DNA from: Promethearchaeota archaeon | Lineage (GTDB): Archaea > Asgardarchaeota > Thorarchaeia > Thorarchaeales > Thorarchaeaceae | Direction: 5' to 3' | DNA: 30,874 nt | NCBI GenBank assembly: GCA_027031765.1 | Contig: JALVPN010000151.1 | Location: forward strand, 1-30,874 | Shown here: positions 26,522 to 30,874 of the stretch, one piece after another | Layout of the letters: each line of letters begins with the position of its first letter | Position numbering within the stretch: the first letter of the stretch is position 1 | Program-made: the position numbers and the translations under genes | The notes under the pieces: model-generated | Seen by the model: only the letters and a program-made list of their open reading frames with translations | What the model was told of the DNA's origin: nothing | Database searches by the model: none

Positions 26522-26584
26522 TTGTGCATGGACGGTGCACAAACGTTATATACGGCCGTGCGCCTGTGCAGACGTAGTGCACAA
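26522..26584 (+). promoter_or_regulatory. Tandem palindromic operator flanking the TATA box of tlpA-ccdA
   Basis: TTGTGCA-TGGACGG-TGCACAA (26522-26542), TTATATA (26546-26552), CTGTGCA-GACGTAG-TGCACAA (26564-26584). Confidence 0.75.
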
Positions 26585-26600
26585 CCGAAGAGGGAAGGAC

Positions 26601-27182
26601 ATGGAACCCGAAAAGATGATGCTTGCTGGTCTTGTTGCGGTACTCGCAGTGGTCGGCCTGGCAGTTGCCGTGGTGACGGTCGGCCTTGGGGGCAGCCCTC
26701 CAACGAACGCCGGGGGCTCAGGTAGTGGCGACCCATCAATGATCACTGACGACGTCGACCTCATCGACCTGTCGTTGCGCCTCCCAAACTGGCCAATACT
26801 CTTGTCGAATGAGACCCTGATTGAGACGAACGACCTGAGGGGCAAGTTCCTTCTAGTGGACCTGATGGCCACATGGTGTTCAGCGTGCAAGATGCAGAAC
26901 ACGTACCTCCTCGATGCGTATGGCAGCTTCTCTGGTGATGTGCGGTTCCTGTCGCTGAGCGTGGATGTCAGCGACACACCTGCCATGATGGAGGACTACA
27001 AGAACGAGAACGGTCTGCCTTGGACGCACGGCCTGGACACCAACAGTGCGTTCAGTGACTACTTCAGCGTGAGCGCGGTGCCCACCATGGTCATCATCGA
27101 TGACCGTGGCTATGTCCGGTGGCGTCACCAGGGCCTCTGGGACGCGGACGCAATTGCCGACGCTCTCCTGCAGCTGATGTAG
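26601..27182 (+). CDS. Membrane-anchored TlpA/ResA-family thiol-disulfide oxidoreductase
   Basis: N-terminal TM, GKFLLVDLMATWCSAC, FLSLSVD, cis-Pro motif VSAVPTMVIID; ATG 26601. Confidence 0.9.
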   Translation: MEPEKMMLAGLVAVLAVVGLAVAVVTVGLGGSPPTNAGGSGSGDPSMITDDVDLIDLSLRLPNWPILLSNETLIETNDLRGKFLLVDLMATWCSACKMQNTYLLDAYGSFSGDVRFLSLSVDVSDTPAMMEDYKNENGLPWTHGLDTNSAFSDYFSVSAVPTMVIIDDRGYVRWRHQGLWDADAIADALLQLM

Positions 27183-27221
27183 TCGGGCCCGGGAAACAAT
27201 GACCGGAGGTGAGTCACCGAC

Positions 27222-27908
27222 TTGCAGGGAGTCCTTGAGGTCGCACTGATGGTGGGCACGGTGTTCGGCGCTGGACTGTACGTCGCCATGTCACCGTGCC
27301 TCTTCCCCCTCTTGCCACTGTTCCTGATGAGGAGTCTGAACTCGGTGGACAGCCGCAGACGCGGGGTCCTTGTGAGCGCCGTACTGGTCCTGGGTATCCT
27401 GTCGTCCCTAGCGGTGTTCATACTGGTGGCCCAGTTTGTCAGCCTCTTCCTCCTCCAACACTTCACGCAGATACAGGCAGTGCTAGGTGTGTTCATCGCC
27501 TTCTTCGGCATCCTCACCATGTCTGAGCGGCTGCGCAATGCTCTGGGAATCAGCATGTTCTCACTGGGTGAACAGCCCGAGGAACCCACCGGTCTCCTTG
27601 GCGTCTACGTCGTGGGGCTGGGATACTCGCTGCTGGCAGCGCCGTGCTCGGGGACGACAATCGTCGGCCTGGTGCTCCTCCTCGGGGGCCAGAGCAACCC
27701 ACTGCTCCTCGCCCTCATGTTTGCCGTCATGGCGGTTGCAGTTGCCATACCATACCTTGCCATCGCCGTGGTCACTGGCGAGGCAAGACTGAGGATGACC
27801 GCCTCGCTTGCTGCAAACGCAAGACGTGTGGAGGTCGCTGCTGGAGCACTCCTCTTCATTGTGGGGGTCATCCTGGTACTGCCACTGTTCGGCATCAAGC
27901 TGCTGTAG
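27222..27908 (+). CDS. ccdA: CcdA/DsbD-type transmembrane electron transporter
   Basis: Two PC motifs (MSPCLFPLLP and AAPCSG) in 6 TM helices. GGAGGTGA SD precedes the TTG start. Confidence 0.9.
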   Translation: MQGVLEVALMVGTVFGAGLYVAMSPCLFPLLPLFLMRSLNSVDSRRRGVLVSAVLVLGILSSLAVFILVAQFVSLFLLQHFTQIQAVLGVFIAFFGILTMSERLRNALGISMFSLGEQPEEPTGLLGVYVVGLGYSLLAAPCSGTTIVGLVLLLGGQSNPLLLALMFAVMAVAVAIPYLAIAVVTGEARLRMTASLAANARRVEVAAGALLFIVGVILVLPLFGIKLL

Positions 27909-27991
27909 TTGTCCCACCTGGACGCCACCAGTTGGGAGGGCCCAGTCGTGACCTGTCCATGGCCGCGCGGCGGCAGGGGCACAGGTGTGTG

Positions 27992-28648
27992 TCAGTCACC
28001 ATCGGGCACGGTCTCTCCGCCACTGTCGGTCGGCCCTCCACCGGGTGGGACGAGCTCTGCCTGCATGGCAAGACTGGACGGTACGGCCCTGAACAGGAGG
28101 ACACCACCGAAGACGTTGATGGCGGCCTGAAGGAAGTTCCAGGGCACGAGGACGAGCGAGGCCGCAAGAGCGGTCTCGGGCGTATAGAACACCGGATAGA
28201 AGACCGGCAGCAGTACTATGTTTGCGAAGAACATACCCACACCACGAGACAACATGGCCGCGACCGTGTAGGACAGGAGCTCGCCCCGTGGGCCAAGGCG
28301 GTGTCCAGAGGTCGCGAGGCGCGCAGCAGCGACCCCAAGGACGGTCAGGGCCTCGGCTACCGTCTTGAACACGGCACCAGGTACGTTCCTGTACGCAATG
28401 GCAACTGCCATGGCGCCCACAACAAAGAACGCGTCACTAGTACCGAGCCCGAGAAGGACCACGATGATTGGGATGCCGGTCCAGTCGACCGTGAAAGGGA
28501 TCCCTGCAGGGTAGACCTTGATGTCGGTGAACGGAGGGAGTGGGAACACCTCAAGTGCCACCACCATCGAGGCGAACACAGCAAGCAGTGCCACCCGTTT
28601 CGACTGGGTGCGGGCCTCGGAGGACAGCCGGCTCATCCTAGTCGTCAT
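27992..28648 (-). CDS. ECF-transporter substrate-binding S component
   Basis: About 6 TM helices, with ALLAVFASMVVALE, VDWTGIPIIVVLL, RGVGMFFANIVLLP and PWNFLQAAIN. Substrate is not assignable. Start 28648 or 28636. Confidence 0.75.
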   Translation of the reverse strand: MTTRMSRLSSEARTQSKRVALLAVFASMVVALEVFPLPPFTDIKVYPAGIPFTVDWTGIPIIVVLLGLGTSDAFFVVGAMAVAIAYRNVPGAVFKTVAEALTVLGVAAARLATSGHRLGPRGELLSYTVAAMLSRGVGMFFANIVLLPVFYPVFYTPETALAASLVLVPWNFLQAAINVFGGVLLFRAVPSSLAMQAELVPPGGGPTDSGGETVPDGD

Positions 28649-28678
28649 CTCCCTAGGCGGTGCCGCAGACGTGGCCGG

Positions 28679-28685
28679 ATATAAA
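28679..28685 (-). promoter_or_regulatory. TATA box of the ECF S-component gene
   Basis: Minus strand TTTATAT, about 30 nt upstream of ATG 28648, implying a very short leader. Confidence 0.55.
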
Positions 28686-28820
28686 GGTATCACGCACCCC
28701 TACTCGTGACTACAGTACCGCATGACAACAGGCACACCCATGACCACCTGTTGTTGCCCCACTGCCGTGACACCGCACGCGGGGCAGTGTGCCGGGGCCC
28801 CGAGCTGGATGGTGCGGAGT

Positions 28821-28834
28821 GTGACAGCTGTCAC
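28821..28834. other. Perfect 14-bp palindrome in divergent intergenic region
   Basis: GTGACAGCTGTCAC, flanked by direct repeats TGGTGCGG (28810-28817 and 28841-28848). Confidence 0.5.
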
Positions 28835-28993
28835 GAACGGTGGTGCGGGGACAACAGGCCACCGGGTCGATAGCAGGCCAGTGGCCACAGCCCCACATCA
28901 CGGGTGCCTGTGCTGGCCAGCAGGCCGGTGGCCCCGTATGTTGGTGGGAACAGATAAATGGGTGGAGAACCCCGGAGGGACGGGGTACGTCCA

Positions 28994-29989
28994 GTGCGTG
29001 TGTTGGTGACCGGTGCCACAGGGTTCATTGGACGGAGGCTCGTGCCCCGACTCCTTGAGGAGGGCCATGAGGTAGTGGCCCTTGTCCGTAGGACGAGCAA
29101 CACAGAGGGACTGCCGGAGAGCGTCGAGTTCAGAGAGGCCGAGCTTCTTGACATTGACACCATCGAGCCGCACACAGGTGACGCGGACGCAGTGGTCCAC
29201 CTTGCAGCATACTTCGACTTCTATCCCAGCGACGAGGAGCTCATGTTCAGGGTCAATGTCGATGGCACGAGGAACCTGATGAACGCCTGCGTAGGGACGT
29301 CTGTGGAGCGGTTCATATACTGCTCGACGACAGAGACCATAGGGCCGGTGGAGCACCCGCCGGGCGATGAGGAGACCGAGTTGCGCCCATCATTCGAGTA
29401 TGGGCGGAGCAAGGTGATGGCAGAGGAGGCAGTGCGGGAGATCTCGGCGGACACGGGCCTGAAGCACATCATCCTGCGGCCCACGGGAGTGCTCGGTGAG
29501 GGCGACTTCTACACGGCCTTCGAGCTCATCAAGGCCCTCAACGATGGCGAGGTCCGCTTCATGGTCGGGGACGGGGAGAAGCACATAATGTACACGCACA
29601 TCGACGATGTTGTCGACGGCTTCGTCAAGGCACTGACCAGTGACAGGGCACTGGACGAGACCATCATCCTGTGTCCGGACGCGCCCATGAGGTACTATGA
29701 CCTCATCCACTACATCTGCAGTCTGCTTGGCGTCGAACCACCGAGACGCAAGGTCCCAGTGTTACTTGCCAAGTTGGGCGTGGCACTGATGAGCCCGATA
29801 AAGAACAGGGGGCGCACCACCTTCCTGTGGCACGTGAAGAGCATTGAGGCCATGGACACCGAACGGTGGTACACGAACGCAAAGGCCAAGGAGCTCCTGG
29901 ACTGGAGCCCCAAGCTCTCAATGCAGGAGGGTATTGCCCGGGCAGTCGACTGGTACTTCGAGCACGGACACCTTGAGAAGAGGGACTAG
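28994..29989 (+). CDS. Extended SDR, NAD(P)-dependent epimerase/dehydratase (3beta-HSD/HpnA-like)
   Basis: From GTG 28994: MRVLVTGATGFIG, VVHLAA, VNVDGTRNL, YCST, and YGRSK (YxxxK). Confidence 0.9.
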   Translation: MRVLVTGATGFIGRRLVPRLLEEGHEVVALVRRTSNTEGLPESVEFREAELLDIDTIEPHTGDADAVVHLAAYFDFYPSDEELMFRVNVDGTRNLMNACVGTSVERFIYCSTTETIGPVEHPPGDEETELRPSFEYGRSKVMAEEAVREISADTGLKHIILRPTGVLGEGDFYTAFELIKALNDGEVRFMVGDGEKHIMYTHIDDVVDGFVKALTSDRALDETIILCPDAPMRYYDLIHYICSLLGVEPPRRKVPVLLAKLGVALMSPIKNRGRTTFLWHVKSIEAMDTERWYTNAKAKELLDWSPKLSMQEGIARAVDWYFEHGHLEKRD

Positions 29990-29992
29990 GAA

Positions 29993-30874
29993 ATGGACGC
30001 ACTCATTGGTTTCATCCTGATAATAGCACCGATTGTACTCGCCTTCATCATGCTTGTGTTCATGAGGAGGGCTGCAGACGTGACCGGCGTCGTTGTCTGG
30101 CTGGTGACACTCGTCATCGCAGTGCTCGCCTTCAGGACCGACGTCGCAGTCGCACTCACAGCAAGCTACGCCGGCATCATATTCAGTTTCCCCATATCGC
30201 TGATGGTCGCCACGTCCATCTTCATGATGACCTACATGCAGGAGACCGGGGCCCTCCAGAGGCTCATTGTGTTCTTCAAGACCCTCGGTGGCGGTAGCAG
30301 GCCGATGCAGATAATGCTCATCAGTCTGGGCCTGGGCCTGTTCCTCGTCGGCATCGGTGCCACGCCGGTCTCTATGCTCCCACCGGTGATGCTGGCACTC
30401 GGGTTCTCGCCGCTGGTAGCAGTAGCACTACCATCAATTGGGTACGACCCGCTCACCACCTTTGCACTCCTCGGCGTGCCAGCGCAGGTCTTCCACACAG
30501 AGTACATGAGCGTGTCTGGTACGCAGTTCGAGCTGTGGGAGTCAGGTGCGGCGTTTGCGATGTACATGCCAGTCATCACCACCGGGATTGCCATCTCCAT
30601 GCTCTGGATCGCAGGAGGACGTGAGCTGCTGACCGACCGTGAGGGGCTCGGCCTCGCGGTACTGTGCGGCGTCACAGCTGGTGGCACGGCAATCGTGACG
30701 AACACCGCGTGGGTCAACCAGACGGTACTGACGAACGTATTTGCGGGGGCTGCCGTGATGCTGGTGCTGTTCCTCTACACACGGGTCCGGGGACAGCCAA
30801 TCATTGACCGCAGCACCCTTACTGAGGAGGACATGGCCGTCGAACAACAGCTCAGCCTCAGGAGGGCCGCCATC
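29993..30874 (+). CDS. Partial L-lactate permease (LctP) family protein; runs off window end and is absent from the ORF track
   Basis: Manual translation: MDALIGFILIIAPIVLAFIMLVFMRRAADVTG...MQETGALQRLI...GATPVSMLPPVMLALGFSPLVAVALPSIGYDPLTTFALLGVP. It is open to the window end and starts 3 nt after the SDR stop. Confidence 0.75.
   Translation, partial: MDALIGFILIIAPIVLAFIMLVFMRRAADVTGVVVWLVTLVIAVLAFRTDVAVALTASYAGIIFSFPISLMVATSIFMMTYMQETGALQRLIVFFKTLGGGSRPMQIMLISLGLGLFLVGIGATPVSMLPPVMLALGFSPLVAVALPSIGYDPLTTFALLGVPAQVFHTEYMSVSGTQFELWESGAAFAMYMPVITTGIAISMLWIAGGRELLTDREGLGLAVLCGVTAGGTAIVTNTAWVNQTVLTNVFAGAAVMLVLFLYTRVRGQPIIDRSTLTEEDMAVEQQLSLRRAAI

Overview
GC-rich archaeal chromosomal window with about 27 protein-coding genes. 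No rRNA, tRNA, CRISPR array or mobile element is recognisable. Archaeal origin is supported by TATA boxes 26-35 nt upstream of several starts and by GGAGGTGA/GAGGTG Shine-Dalgarno motifs. A stand-alone Roadblock protein, orphan PAS histidine kinases and a large GIFT-like surface protein suggest an Asgard (Thorarchaeia-like) genome; this is inference, with no marker gene present. Gene order: a partial VIT1/CCC1-like gene; two paralogous membrane proteins with a zinc ribbon plus B-box; co-oriented arcC, ridA and ade; a PAS histidine kinase; a crotonase; iscU; Roadblock; a microsatellite and a pentamer array; dinB; sfsA; a membrane protein with an ABC-2 ATPase and permease; ArsR with a P1B ATPase; a second PAS histidine kinase; a PPC/GIFT-like surface protein; YbjN-like, bPH_2 and coiled-coil-wHTH proteins; a membrane protein; tlpA-ccdA; an ECF S component; an extended SDR; and a partial lactate-permease-family gene. 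The most unusual signals are: (1) a complete histidine kinase carrying a C-terminal Cys-rich thioredoxin-fold domain, divergent from the ArsR/P1B metal-efflux operon; (2) the zinc ribbon-B-box pair with identical ligand spacing; (3) two TGTGCA-N7-TGCACA palindromes bracketing the tlpA-ccdA TATA box; (4) a near-exact SmtB-type operator in a leaderless archaeal promoter; (5) an (ACCY)11 microsatellite upstream of dinB; (6) a Rho-N/HeH-like extension on an ABC ATPase. All domain calls come from motif recognition by eye, with no searches run.
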